A DNA stretch of 63,887 nt, the filler included, from Reclinomonas americana ATCC 50394 (lineage: Eukaryota), in assembly GCA_048213135.1 (NCBI GenBank). It is 7 parts of 6 records of this genome, joined end to end, with 100 filler letters (N's around TTAATTAATTAA, not from the genome) between each part and the next. Parts side by side here need not be neighbours in the genome. Positions count along the whole stretch, not along the records: positions 22,478 to 45,735 come from PS015490.1; positions 45,836 to 48,928 come from PS015491.1; positions 49,029 to 54,979 come from PS015491.1; 4 more parts are not named here. The stretch is one strand, 5' to 3'. The notes under the pieces were generated by a model. That model saw only the letters and a program-made list of their open reading frames with translations. It was not told the origin of the DNA and made no database searches. Positions 35,759 to 49,090 of the stretch are shown here, one piece after another. Position 1 is the first letter of the stretch. The number at the start of each line of letters is the position of its first letter. The position numbers and the translations under genes are program-made.

Positions 35759-35827
35759 CGTCACAACACAGCCGCAAAAACACAAACACAAACGAAAACG
35801 CGGCAATTTCAATTAACAATCACTTTG

Positions 35828-38774
35828 ATGAGCGGGGAAGCAGCGGAGAGTGTTCTCGTGCGGCCGACGCTCGTGCAACGCGGCTCGAGCAGTGCGAGCA
35901 CGGGGAATGTGCCGGCGCCGCGATTTGAGACGACGGCAGGGATGGGTTACCCGTTCCCGCCACCCTCCAACCCGTGGGATGAGTCGTTGCCGCGCGGGGC
36001 GTCGGTGCCGCCGCGAATGGCGGGAATGGGCACGCATGCGCCGCAGCAGACGTTGTTTGAGTTGGCGCAGTGGATGGCGCGCAGAGATGTGTGGGAGATG
36101 ACGAGGAAGAAGAGTGGTGAGTCGACGCAACAGCAACAGCCGCAACCAGTGACACCAGCGACAACAGGTAAGCAACGTACACAGCGTGTGAGTGACACGC
36201 TGGACTGATGTGGTTCGTGTGACAGAACCGGTGAAGCCGGTGGTGCGATCGGTGGGGAAGCGAAGTGCGGCGGCGGCGGTCGATGCGCAGGTGATGGGAG
36301 TGGGCGCGGTGGGGCAGACGGTGCCGCTGGTGAAGCCGGTGTCGAGGCCGCGTGTGGCGCATGGATCGGCACGGGAGCGCGATGAGGAGTGGTTGAAGAG
36401 GGATTCTGCGTCGGTGGCGGGTGTGCGGCCGGTGGAGGTGTTGCCGCCACCACTACCGCCGCAGTCGAGACCTACGCCACCAACAGTGGCTGTGGATGCG
36501 GCGGCGGTAGCAGCGGCGGTGGTGCAGTCGCCTCCTGAGGCGTCGACGCTGACGCAGGGTGGACTGGAGGTGGTGTTGCGCGAGGACTATGAGAAGCTGC
36601 GTCGTGTGCAGCAGGAGCAGGAGCGACAGGCCAAGGCGTTGAGTGCGGCGTTGAAGCGCGAGATGCACCGATCGCAGAAGCAGGCCGATGCGTTGCGATC
36701 GGTGGCACGCACGGGTGGTGTGGTGGTGGCACCTGGGGCATCGTCGTCGGTGCGTTCGTCGGTGGCCGCGGCAGTGACGACGATGCCTAGCGGCTTGCAA
36801 TCGCCACCGGAACGCGGTCCACCGTCCGATCAGCACGCCATGATCCCCGACGAGAACGCGTTTCGTGCCGTGCTCGGCAACATGCTCCAGCAGCGCCACA
36901 TGCGACATCAGCAGTCGCACCCACACGACGCTGGTGCACGGCCGCCGTTGCATCCAGCACAGTGGCGAACTGGCTTGTTGACAGTCGATTTGCGCGACTA
37001 CGATCGCACTGGTGTGATTTACACGGGTGGTACGGGCAAGGAGCGACGACGTGGAGCAGGCGCAGCTGTGTCGTCGTCGCGACAACAGCACACGCCACGC
37101 GGATATCACCCAGACGACGAAGTGGAGGTGAGGGGCGCTGTTTTGTTTTTGTGCTGCTTGTCGCCATTCTCATGGTTTACGTGATGCGAACGACAACAGC
37201 ACGGATCACCGCGTTCCTACCTCGAGGAACCCGAAGGACACCCCCCACAATCCGCGGCAGAGGCACGAGACGGATCGCCACTGCAGTACGCGTTCAGCAC
37301 TCGGGAGTACGTGGATTTGCGGGACCACAGCCGCTTGCAGTCGACAGGCGACGTCAGCAAGGAGGGCGTGTTTGCGTTCGAGTCACACGACGTGGTGGAT
37401 TGGAGGTCTCGTACTCACTGTCTCCACCGCCGATGCGTCCCCTCCTCACTTCCTTTCTGTGATCGCGTGCAGAAGGCGACCGGCGCGTGGATCAGCTGTG
37501 CTGCCGCCGTCTGCAGGTGGCCACCGGCCACCTGCGTCACTGGCTGCGACACGAGTGAGTGGCACCGGAAGTCTGCGGTCGTCGGCCACTGCGCTGGCCG
37601 AGATTGCTGCCATGGAGAGCCGTGTGCAGCCGCTGATTGCGCGTGCCGAGGTTTGCTCTTTTTTCCTGCCTTGTCAGCCACGTACTTGGCACTGATCGTC
37701 TCGTGTGCAGGAGGTGCTGCGCAGCATCAGCATCGATCCGGCAGCGCCACCGGCCAGCTCCTCTTCGTCGTCTTCCTCGTCTCCACCCGTGGAGAAGGTG
37801 TCAAAGGCCACGTCGCCAGCGGTGGTGCCGCGCTCCACCAGCAGCGTTGCGACCTCGCCCAGTTGCGCGAGGGAGAATGTCGTGTTTTTCAATGACAACA
37901 ATTTACTGAGGAATGTTGACTGCGTGCAGTCGGTTCCCGTCAACCCTCCCGTCAGCGTGCAGTGGCCAATGTCGTGGCCGCCCTCGGTGGCATGGAGTAC
38001 GTGCAGTCGCCGCAGTGCATGGGTCAACTCCTCAACTCTCTCGTCGACGACTTGGTCGAGGTGTGTGTTTACATTGAAGATAAGAGTGCGTGCTCTTTGA
38101 TTCACCGCACACGTGAGCAGGACACGTTGCTGGAGGTACACCGGGTGGAGACGATGAGCGCCAAGGAGGCACGCGACCAGGACGCATTCCATCGTGTCGA
38201 TGGCCTCCTCGATTTTCTCGATGCCGTGGAGCGCGCCGAGGATGCAGCGCGTGCTGACTTGGAGGCAAGACATCGACTGGACGAGTCGCCCTCACCAAGA
38301 GGTGCAATGGACAACGACGACGACGACGACGACGGAGAGTATGATGGCAGCGACAATCCGCCGCAACTTTATGGTGGTGATGGTGGTGGTGGCAGTGGCG
38401 GTGCCGCTGGTGGTGATGGCAGTCGTGTACAGTGGGTGCCTGGTGCACGCGCGCGGCACGTGTGCGATGTACCACCTGCATTATTGCAGGCGATTCGACG
38501 ACAGTTGCAAGCCTTCAACTTGTTGCGTTTCTCTGTTGTGCTCCATCTCCGGCAATCAGGTCGATGCCAACCTTTCCACTTCGTGTGCAGGCACCTGGAG
38601 AGCACCGTCGGCACCGCCAGCGTGAAGCCGTGGGATGTAATGGACTTCCTCACCGACGAACTGCTGGAGGATTTGATGAACGATGTGGCGGGTGAAATGG
38701 TGGATGCGTGCGACGACTATGTGCGGCAGATGGTGGATGCCGAGTTGCAGGGCGATGATGACAGCGCGTCATGA
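35828..38774 (+). CDS. Moonraker/KIAA0753-like centriolar protein
   Basis: C-terminal VPPALLQAIRRQLQAF..RHLESTVGTASVKPWDVMDFLTDELLEDLMNDVAGEMVDACDDYVRQMVDAEL resembles the moonraker C-terminal domain as recalled. The rest is coiled-coil or low complexity. Confidence 0.6.
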
Positions 38775-38837
38775 GTGAACGAAACTCCTTTCGTGATATG
38801 TGTATATTTTTCCCACTCTACGACGACGGCGCTGCGA

Positions 38838-40557
38838 TTACCACGTCTTGGCCTTGACGGTCAAGCTCGCCAGCCGCTGGTGCACCGAGATCACATACGC
38901 TGCCTTCTGCTCCAGAGTCCACTGAGAGTTGCGGGCGGCCATGCGAACGAGCTCGCGAACGGGATCGGTTGGGGTTGCGGCAGCCACCAGCTGAGCGAGC
39001 ATGTCACGAGCAGTCGGCAGCACAGATGCCGGTGCGACTGCTGCTGCTTCGCCAGCGCCATCGGCGGTCGACACAGCCACAGAGGTGGCCGCGGCCGCAG
39101 CAGCAGCGCTCTGCTCCGCCGACTTTTTCGCGGTCTCATTCAGGCGCTGCACAAACGATGCGAATGAGCACAACCACACCATCAACACAGACATCGACTC
39201 CCTCAACAAAAAAAGTACCTCCAGCAACACGTTTGGCGGCGCATAGTTCGTGTCCAACTCAAACACACTGTACCGGTGGCCGGGGTAGGCACCGGGCCAG
39301 TCGCGAGCCGGATCGGTGGGTGCTCCAGAGAAATCAAAGGCGCGACGCGTGCCCACTTGCTGCTTGCGCTTGCGATCCCTGTGACGCTGCATGATGAGGA
39401 TTCGCCTGGTCCCCGGTGCTCACTGGCGGCGATGCACGCAACTGTTCACGAGACTGCTTCGACTGATCACGGCGCTTGGCGAGGGGCGACGGTGCCGCGA
39501 GGGCGGCCAAAAAGGCAGCCTTGGCCGAGCTGACTGCCGACGGCACACTGCCGTCGGCTGGTGCCGCCTCAGCCTCGCGTCTCCGTCGACCACCACCCGC
39601 ACCCGCCGCCGCACCTGCCGCACCGCCAGCATTGCCAGCCTGGATCGACGACAGCCACGACTGTCGACGCCTCTGCGCCTCACGATCGGCGCGCTCGGCA
39701 CTCTGCTGGTGCGCACCGCCACTACCACGGAACTCAAACGACGACGACACACTGGACGACTCCCCGCCACTGCCACCGCCCCTCTTGCCCGACACCGCGG
39801 CCGCCGCCGCCGCAGCTCCAGCCGCAGCCGGCGCTCCGCCCTGCGACGACGCCTCCGCAGACGATGCCTCACGACGCCGCGGTGGACGCGGAGCACGCGG
39901 ACCTGCCGACGACGCAGGCGCATCACCACCACTCGACGACGACGACGACGGTGGCGGCGGCGCACGCGGCGACATGGTGTTCCACCGACTCAACCGTCCC
40001 GCCGACGCACCAGCAGCCGCACCGGCACTGCCACCGGCACGCGCAGCCAGAGCCGCAGCCGCCGCCGCAGCCGACGCCTCCTGCTTTGACTTATCACCAG
40101 CAGCACTGGCTGATGGCGCCGATCGTGGCCTCTGCTCCCTGTCACCACTCTTCTCCCGTCGCGGCTGCTGCGGCGAGCCACTGCCACCACCGCCACCAGT
40201 GGCCGACCAGCTCGGGCGTGTCGGTGCCGCCGGTGTCTCCCATCGCTGCTGCTGTTGATGCAGTGCATCCTCTGGTGCTGGTGACTTTTGCGCCATGCGC
40301 GATCCCAGATCAATGCGCGAGCCACGCGGACGCGATGGTGCTCCTGCGGTTGGTGACGAGTTGGCCTGCTGTGTGGTGCTGGTGGGCACAGCCGCGGCCT
40401 CGCCACTGACCACCGTCTTGCTCAGTCCAAAGCCGCGCAGTGTCGACGGGCCCTCGTTCTCGCCCCCCTCCGCCGCAGCAGAAGCAGCGCAGCTGAACCA
40501 CGCTGGGCGCGGCGGTGCACACAGTCGCCGAGCGACACCGCGCAGCAACAGCAGCAT
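38838..40557 (-). CDS. Probable mitochondrial protein (presequence-like N-terminus, long disordered region, small C-terminal domain); frame break near 39410
   Basis: MLLLLRGVARRLCAPPRPAWFS is Arg-rich and acid-free. C-terminal exons end DPVRELVRMAARNSQWTLEQKAAYV..KAKTW*. Confidence 0.55.
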
Positions 40558-41236
40558 TCACCTGAGAGAGAGAGAGCGTGCGTTGAGAGTGTGACATGTC
40601 GCACCATCTTTCACACACAAGCACATTCTCACAACACGCACACGCGCACGAATGTGTGTCATGCACACACAGGAAGACACGAACATGCAAAGAGAGAGAG
40701 AGAGATACAGAGCGACGGTCAGCGCACCTTTTGTGTTTTTTGATAGGGACAGTTGCTTCGCGCGCGAGCAGTGTCTGTCCACTTCGATCACTGCCGCGCC
40801 ACGAGTGTGAGAGAGAGTCCTAGTGCATCGAGCGATCCCCACAAGAGGTACGCGTGACACAGCCACTGGCGTACATGTGTGTGGCGAGGGGAAGGGGGCA
40901 AGGTTCCTTTTTTGGGCGAGTCATTTCTCCGCATGTCGCACTCTAGCCCCTCTCCCTCCCTCGCCGCCCTCTGTCGCACTCTGCGCTCATCACATCGCGT
41001 GCTCTTTCTGTGTGATCGTCTCCCTCGCTACTCCGCTTGCTCTTGATGATTTGTGATCCACGCTCAATAATCACTTTTCTCTTGTTGCTCTCTCTCCCAG
41101 TCGTTGTTGCTCAATCGTGCCACGTGCAGACCACACCACACTGCTCCCGAGCGCCTTTCTCGAGTACACGGATAAGTTGTTGTCACTCGAGCAGGCGTCT
41201 CCATCCCCGCAACCCCGCCTCCTCGGACACGCAAGT

Positions 41237-44200
41237 ATGAGTGATCCATCGCCAGGTGAGCACAATCTCACACACACAAAAGGAGATGTGACTCTGTGTG
41301 CTGCTCCCACAACTCGTCCACTGACTATCGCCTGCTCTGTAGTCGTTGTGCAACCAGCACGCAAGCTGGAAGGCGATGAGTTGGAAGAGGCCATTGTCAA
41401 GCAATGCGAGTACTACTTCTCGCGTGAGAACTTGAGCAAAGATAGTTTTCTGGTGTCAAAGGTCTGTGCTGGGCATCTCTCTTGTCGACCCTCTCCTGCC
41501 TCCGCTCACTGCGCCTCCCTCCGCGTCACCTCCTGCAGATGAACTCGCAGATGCAAGTGTCGGTCGACATCATTATGGGCTTCAAGATGATGAGAGTTGC
41601 GCATGTCGGCGGCCATGTGCACATGCACACAGACACAACCACACGCAACACCCCTTCGCACTTGTTTCCTCCCCCCCGACCTCCTCTGCGCCATACGCAC
41701 ACGCTGCCACAGCAGTACTGACTGTCTCTCTGTTTGGCTGCAGTCGTTGGTGTCAGATGCTGCGTACTTGGTCGACGTGTTGCGTCGCCGATCCAAGGGT
41801 GTGGCGGTCGACGCATCGGGGCACTTTTTGCGACCAGCGTTCACCAGCCAGCGCACCACCATCATTGTGCGTGAGATGCCGGAGGGCTCGACTGAGGCCG
41901 AGGTGCACGGATTGTTCTCGGAGGCACATCGTCGGCACGTGACCAACTGCAAGCACGATGTCGGAAATCTGTGGTATGTGTCGTTTGACGAGGAGTCGGT
42001 GGCACTCCAGGCCGTCGAAGCCGTGCGCGGCGTCACGTTCAAGGGACAGCGCATCGGAGCGCGTGTCAAGTCGGAGAATTTGCTGAAGGGCTTGTGCGTT
42101 GTTATTCACCAGATGCAATCGTCGTCACCCAACTTGGCAACTGACACGCACCTCTCCTTCCTTCATACCCACACAGCTACGCCGGACCTCGTGAGGGCGA
42201 CGATGAAGCTGCAGCGGCGGCAGCGGCGGCGGCGACTGCCGCGGCTGGAGGCGCAGCGGTGCCGGTGTTGCCGGGTGGCGCACCAGTCGGCTTGCCGCCA
42301 GGCGCTCCTGTGGTCGGTCCAGGTGGTGCTGCTGGTGCGCCACCACCACCGCCACCGTTCGACGGCAGCGGAGTCGTGTATCCCTTTTATCCGGGAGCTT
42401 TTGCGGCGCCGCCGTTCTACCCGATGTACGCGGACTACGGCGGTGGCTCGTGGGTGCCGCCGGAACAGTACAGGCAAGCGGGAGCATTCTACCCGCAGCA
42501 AATGCCGGCACAACCCGTGTCGGCGGCCCCGCAGTCGCCTCCGCAGGGGCAGCAGGGTGCTTCGCAGCAACAACAGCAACAGCAGGGGTGAGCCATCTTC
42601 TCTCTCTTTTGCTCTCTTTTTGTGTGCATTTTTTTTTTTTTTTTGCTGACGCTCCCTGTTGTTCTCTCTGCAGACGCGGCGGTAATCAGAAGGGCCGTGG
42701 TCAGCAAGGGTTTAATCAGCAGCAGCAGCAGCAACAGCAGCCACAACAGCAGCAGCAGCCGCAGCAGCAGCAGCAGGGTGGCGGTGGTCGTCGCCAGCAG
42801 CAGCAGGGGCAGCAGGGTCAGCAACAATTCGGCAGCGCTCCGTACGGCATGAACGGTGGTGGTGCTCCGGGCGCCATGTCTGGACGCCAGGGCCAGCAGC
42901 AGGGCCAGGCACAGCAGCAGGCGTCGCAGGCATCGCAGCAGGCACATCCGCATGTGGATGGTCGCCGCGGTGGCCAGCAACAACAACAGCAGCAGCAACA
43001 GCAGCAGGCGCAACAGGCAGGACAGCAGGGACAGCAGGGCGGTGGCCGAGGTGGAAAGAAGGGTGGCAACCGTAATGCCGCCGCCAACAAGGACCGACCG
43101 GCGCCGGTGCTGGCCGCCAACGAGTTCCCGCCGCTGCCGTCGGTGTCGGCACAGACGGTCGTCAAGAGCGCGCACGCCAAGGAAGTGAGGATGTACTCGC
43201 TGGAGCAGCTCGTGTCCATTATTCACGACTGCCCGCAAGCGCTGGTGAAGCCGCCATTCCCGAAGGACTCGTCGCTCTTCCTGGATCAGCCGAACCTCAC
43301 CCTAGAGTTGGAGAAGGAGAAGCCTGCGTTGCGTTGCCTACAATTTTCACTCTCTCCTCCCACAATTGGGTGCTCACCCTCTTTGTGAGAACAGTGGCGC
43401 CAAGGACTTTGTGGTCAAGCCATCGTTTGCTGAGGCGGCAAATACGCACCGCAGCAGCCCGCAGATGGAGCTGGCGGCGGCCGCGTCGGGCCAGGGATCC
43501 GAAGACGGATCACCGGTCGATGTCCCGGCGGACGGATCGTCTGGATCCAGCGGATCACGGAGGAGACGAAACAGCAAGCGACAATCGAGCGCAAGATCAG
43601 GGGCGGCCGCCGAGGGCGGTGCTTCGTCCTCGTCGACCACGACGACTACGACCACCACATCGACCACCACGTCGACCACTGCGGCAGCGGTGGCACCGGC
43701 TGGTGAGGGTGGTGCGGCGGCGGCGGCGGCGGCTGCGCCAGCGACCAACGGCAATGGTGAGAACCAGCGCCGTGGCAACTCGGCTGGCGCTCAGCGTGGC
43801 GGCCGCGGTGGCAAGCGCGGAGGTGGCAATGGTGCGTGTTTGGTGACCGGGACTGTTTGTGTGTTGTTTGACAAGTTGCTGACGTCTTCCTGCTGCGCAG
43901 GCAACCGTGCCATGGCCGATGATGGGTTTGTGACGGTGGGCGCACCAGGCACTGAGAAGCCTGCGGCGGGAGCGGTGGCTGGCGCCAATGGTGCGTCGGC
44001 AGCACCAGCACCGGCGGCGGCAGCAGCAGCACCAGCGGCAGCGGCAGGAGCGAACCCTGCTGCGGCTGCTGCTGGAGCTCAGCAGGCGCCCGCGGGAGGC
44101 GCCGCTGCACCAGCGGCGGCAGCGCCGGCGGCGTCTGCTGCCAAGAGCGCTGATTCGGCGGCACCAGCGGCCCCGAGCAGTGGTGGCGGTGCGTGGGGCG

Positions 44201-44277
44201 CATCGGCGGCGTCGGGTGGCTCCAGTGCTGGGCGACCGACGTTTGCTGATGTGCTGAAGCACGCGCACGATAAGTAG
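41237..44277 (+). CDS. LARP4: La-related protein, LARP4 family (La motif + RRM)
   Basis: IVKQCEYYFSRENLSKDSFLVSK|MN, RTTIIVREMPEGSTEAEVHGLF, WYVSFDEESVALQA..FKGQRIGARVKS, NEFPPLP. Confidence 0.88.
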
Positions 44278-45237
44278 ACGGTGGTTACGGCACGGACTGC
44301 GCAAGCATCTGGGACACAACAGTTTGATCTGTGTGGCAGCACAATGCTGCTGGTGCTTGTGTTTCCAGGTCTAACACACATCCTCGTCCTCTCTTGTGTC
44401 TGTACCTTTCACTCTCTCTCCGCTCCTTTTTGTCCCCCCTGGTTGGCGTGTGTTCACGACTGTGGACGCTGCTGCGCCTTTGTCTTGTTTCTCTCTCGCT
44501 CAAACTCTCCCCTCCCTTGTTACATTGTTCCGTGCCGGGCAGCTAGTGTCCGGCCATGACTATCCTCGCACTAGTAACGATCTTGTTCCCACTTTTTCAT
44601 GTTTTGTTGCCGCCTCTCTATCGCTACCACCACCACCGCCGCCGCCGCTGCCTCTGCCGTCAGCTTTCTCGCTCTGACGACTCTCCTTTGTCTCTCGCCT
44701 CCTGCAAACTCCAACTCTGAAACACACAAAAACACGCAAAAAAATCTAACACCACAAAAGTCTGTTCTGTCGTGCTGGTTGCTCCACCAAATGGCGCCTC
44801 CGACTCTATTTTCTTCTCTCCATTTGTATTCCCCTGAAAAGAAAAAACACCCACACTTCTCTCTCTCCCTCTTACTATCTCCTTTCTGGCCTCGAATTAG
44901 AAACATCCCCTCCAGAGCAGCGGCGGCTCTGCGTTGGCGATTGTGGTGGTGGTGGTGGCGGTGGTGTATTTCCCTCTTTGCACGTGTGTTTTGGCATTTG
45001 GTATGCCTTGCTGCTCGTTTTTTTCCTCTCCTCACTCATCTTTTTTTGCCTTTTCTTCCCCTCACTCGCGTTTTTTGTTTCACTCCCTCTGCAGATTGTC
45101 TGTCTCTTCGTTTCACCTTTCCCTTGATTGCGCTAAAGAATACACGGTATGTTTGGTTACTTACACACGAGTTGACGAGGTGTTGTACATTTTTTCACAG
45201 ACGAAAAGAGAGGGGGTCGCACACGCATCGTCGTTGC

Positions 45238-45459
45238 TCACTTCTTCTTCTTGCCCTGTTGCGATGATTTTGAGCGACGGGGATAGTGAAGATGGGGATG
45301 GGGCGAGAGAGAGAAGAGACGAAAGAACACAAACCTTGCCACCCTTCTTGCCCTTGCCTTTCTTGCCCTTGGCACCACCGGACTTGACGCACTCCTTGAA
45401 TGCCTTGTACAAGTCGGCAGTCATGCGTTCCGACACCTCGATCTTCGTCAGCTCCTTGT
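45238..45459 (-). CDS. 3' exons of an unidentified gene with a Gly/Lys-rich tail
   Basis: acceptor|KELTKIEVSERMTADLYKAFKECVKSGGAKGKKGKGKKGGK|intron|GKKKK*. Confidence 0.55.
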
Positions 45460-45478
45460 CTGTTCGCGAGAGTCAGTG

Positions 45479-45646
<168 letters not shown>

Positions 45647-45692
45647 CGTACGACGACGACGTACGACTACGTACTACGTACGTACCGTACGT

Positions 45693-45735
<43 letters not shown>

Positions 45736-45904
45736 NNNNNNNNNNNNNNNNNNNNNNNNNNNNNNNNNNNNNNNNNNNNTTAATTAATTAANNNNNNNNN
45801 NNNNNNNNNNNNNNNNNNNNNNNNNNNNNNNNNNNTTTATTTTTCTCTCTTTCCCTCATCCCTCACCCATCCCTTTTCCCCCTATTCCCTTCCCTCCCGC
45901 CCAC

Positions 45905-46300
45905 CTCCTTCTGCAACCACTCCAACGCCTCCTCCGCCGGCCGCATAAACTCGCCCAACAGCGCCTTGGCCTTCTCCTTGGCCTCCTCCATACTCCGCCT
46001 CCTCCTCTCATGCTCCTCCTCATCAACATCACTCCCACTCACTGCCCCACCTCTTCTCCTCCTCCTCGCCGCCACCGCCGCCGCCTTGACACGCTGCTCT
46101 CGCTCCACCTCACGCATCGCCTGCGCATGCTCATTCTCCACCTCCGCAATCATCCTCCGCGCGTACTCTCCCAGCGCAGACAGCTCACTGTAATCCTCCT
46201 CCTGTAACGCTGGTGGCGGTGGCGGTTGTTGCTGCGCGTGCACGTACATAACGGCAGCGGAGAGCGCGAGGAGAAACAGAAGCAACTGACGCGCGCTCAT
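45905..46300 (-). CDS. First exon of a secreted protein with polybasic sites
   Basis: Signal peptide MSARQLLLFLLALSAAVMYVHA, then RRRRR and RRRRS motifs. Ends at a GT donor. Confidence 0.65.
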
Positions 46301-46415
46301 GATGATGTGAAAAGTGCAAGGACAGATGCAATGCAGATATCTGATCGCGAGCATCTAACATAAAGCGCGCGCATAGCAAGTGATTGAGCGAGAGGAGAAG
46401 AAGAACAACAACAAC

Positions 46416-46457
<42 letters not shown>

Positions 46458-46495
46458 GACACAAGGAGAAGAAGAACACAAGAAGACAAGTGAGA

Positions 46496-48811
46496 ATGCG
46501 CGTGACAGTGGTGGCGGTGATCATCCTGGCGATCATCGCTGCTGCTGTGTGCGCCGAGGCCAAGGTGCGACGACTGCACACGCACACTGTGTTCACTTTG
46601 CACACTCACTTGTGTGTCTGCATAGTCGTTTGAGTTTGTGTTGCGACCGAATGCTGTTGTGGTGGACGCGCACACTGCTGAGGATCTGTTTCATGCGGTG
46701 GAGGGGCGACGACATCACGATCAGCAGCGTGAGGAGGGTTTGCTGTTGGTGGAGTTGTCGGGAGAGACGCGAACGCATCGGTTGTTGCAGACGCTGCGCG
46801 AGAGTGGTGTGCGAGTGGGCTCGGTGATTGTGTCGCAGAATGCGCGGGCGCCGGTGGTGGTCCGTGTCGTGCGCATTGGTGTGGTGCATGCCACGCATGC
46901 GCATGCGGCAGTGGAGGAGGCGATTGAGTTGGTGGAGGTGGCCGGTGGAGTGGTCAAGATGCATGTGCGGCATGCGAGGTGTGTTTGTTGGGGCGACTTG
47001 TCTTTCGATTGCGTTCCTCATCCTCCTACCTCCCTCTTGGTAGTGTTCTCCTTCTCCTTCTTTCTCATGTCCTCTATCTCTTCCTCCTTCTGTTGTTGTT
47101 GTTGTTGTTCTTCTTGTTCTTTTTCTGGTTCTTTTTCTTTTTCTTCTCCTCCTCTTCCTGTTCCTCCTCCGTCTTCCTCTTCTTCCTGTTCTTCTTCTTC
47201 TCCTCTCCCTCCTCCTGCTTCTCTCACTCATCCTCGTCCTCCTCCTTCTCCTTTCTTCTTCGTCTTCTCCTCCTCCTCCTTCTTCTTCTCCTTCTCCTTC
47301 TCCTTCGTGTTGTTGTTGTTGTCGGTGTTGCTGAACTCCTCCTTCTGCATCTCCGTCTTCTAGTTGTTGCTCTTCTCTTCTTTCATCCTCCTCCTCTTCT
47401 TCTTCCTCCTCCCTTCCCCCCTCCCTCCCTTCTCCTCCTCCCTCCCTCCCTTTCCTCCTCCTCCCCTTCCCCTCCTCCCTCCTTTCCTCGCTCCCTTCTC
47501 CTTCTCGCCCTTCTCCTTCTGCTTTTCTCACTCTCTCTGTCACCAGTCTGTCGGAGGCCTACGAGTCGTACTCGCTCAAGCTGAGTGCAAGCGAAATCGA
47601 CCAGCTGGCGGCGGACGAAGCACACCTCAGCGCCGCCGATGTGGCGATCTCCAGAGGTCACTTGCCACCGTCGTCGGCACTCCTCTCGTTCACACTGCCG
47701 AAGCAGAGAGTGCAAGTCGGACAGTGCACGCTGGTGCCGGAATGTTGAGTGTCTTTACTTCCCCCTCCCCCTTCTCCTCTATCATCGCTCACACGAATCC
47801 TCCCCTCGCCACCTTTGCTGCGCAGTGCACTTTGTGCTGCACCTGGACGGTCCGGTGGACATTGCCGTGGACGACTTTAGCCTGGTGTCGCTGTCGCTCT
47901 CGCTGCGCGGGCACCTGAAGCAGACCATGTCGCTGGACTGTGGTCAGGCGTTCTCCGTGTCGCAAGGCAGTGCGCAGCTGCCGCCGCTGGTGCACGACAA
48001 GTTGCTGGGCCGGCTCGTGCTCTTTGGCGTGCCATTCGACTTTCAGTTGTCGGTGACGCCGTTCCTGTCGGGCGCGCTCACCGAGGCCCAGCCGATCTCG
48101 GTCCGCGTGACGCAGTCGCACAGCGTGGTCATCGGCGTCACCTATGCCGACGGCAAGTGGACATCGGTGGGGACTGTGCAGACGACGTACGCGCGCAAGG
48201 TCTCTGGAGCGGGTCTGTCAGAGTTGACGCTGATCAGTGGGATGCATGTGCACATTGCGACCACGGTGTCGGATACGGTCGGGCCCGTCTTTCACTACAC
48301 GCCCACCTTTGAGGTACGGATGCTCATGCAGCTGTTGCATGGTTTTTTCGAATCCTAATTGTGTACTTGCTTGCAGTTCAAATCGGCTACTGGCGTGAAG
48401 AAGGCGCTGTGGGACTTCAAGAAGAACTGGAAGGAGGACGAGGCCAAGGACGAAAATTTCCGACACCTCACAGTGGTGGCCGCAGAGCGGTGGCACGTAC
48501 TGGTCAAGTCACGCATCGCCAGCACCACACTGTGGACCAATGAACTCCACTCGCAGAGCTCGCCTCTGTGGGAGGCCTTGTTGCCTCTTGGAGGCAGCTC
48601 TGCTGGCGGGAACAGCATGGACATGTCGGTAAGTTTGTGCTGTCGATGTGACTGTGCCGCTCGACATCTCGTAATGCCCCTTGTGCCTGTGCATACAGGC
48701 CGAGCAGATGAACGAGGCGCTCGCACCGCCGACAAGTCTGATGTTCCAGGCGAGTATAGATGTGTCTTCACTGGCTGTTGTCACTCTCCCCCCTCCTCAC
48801 TCTTCCTTGTC

Positions 48812-48848
<37 letters not shown>

Positions 48849-48928
48849 GGCTGTTGCACAGGATATCGACCCTCTGATGATCCTTGTCGAAACCTCCTCC
48901 TCATCGTCCACCGACGCACCAGCTGCTG
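46496..48928 (+). CDS. Large secreted beta-rich protein, N-terminal part
   Basis: Signal peptide MRVTVVAVIILAIIAAAVCAEA and spliceable exons with alternating hydrophobic patterns (VPFDFQLSVTPF, VIGVTYADGKW). Runs into the spacer. Confidence 0.7.
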
Positions 48929-49031
48929 NNNNNNNNNNNNNNNNNNNNNNNNNNNNNNNNNNNNNNNNNNNNTTAATTAATTAANNNNNNNNNNNNNNNN
49001 NNNNNNNNNNNNNNNNNNNNNNNNNNNNGGA

Positions 49032-49067
<36 letters not shown>

Positions 49068-49090
49068 GGAAAGAGTCAACAACAACACCT

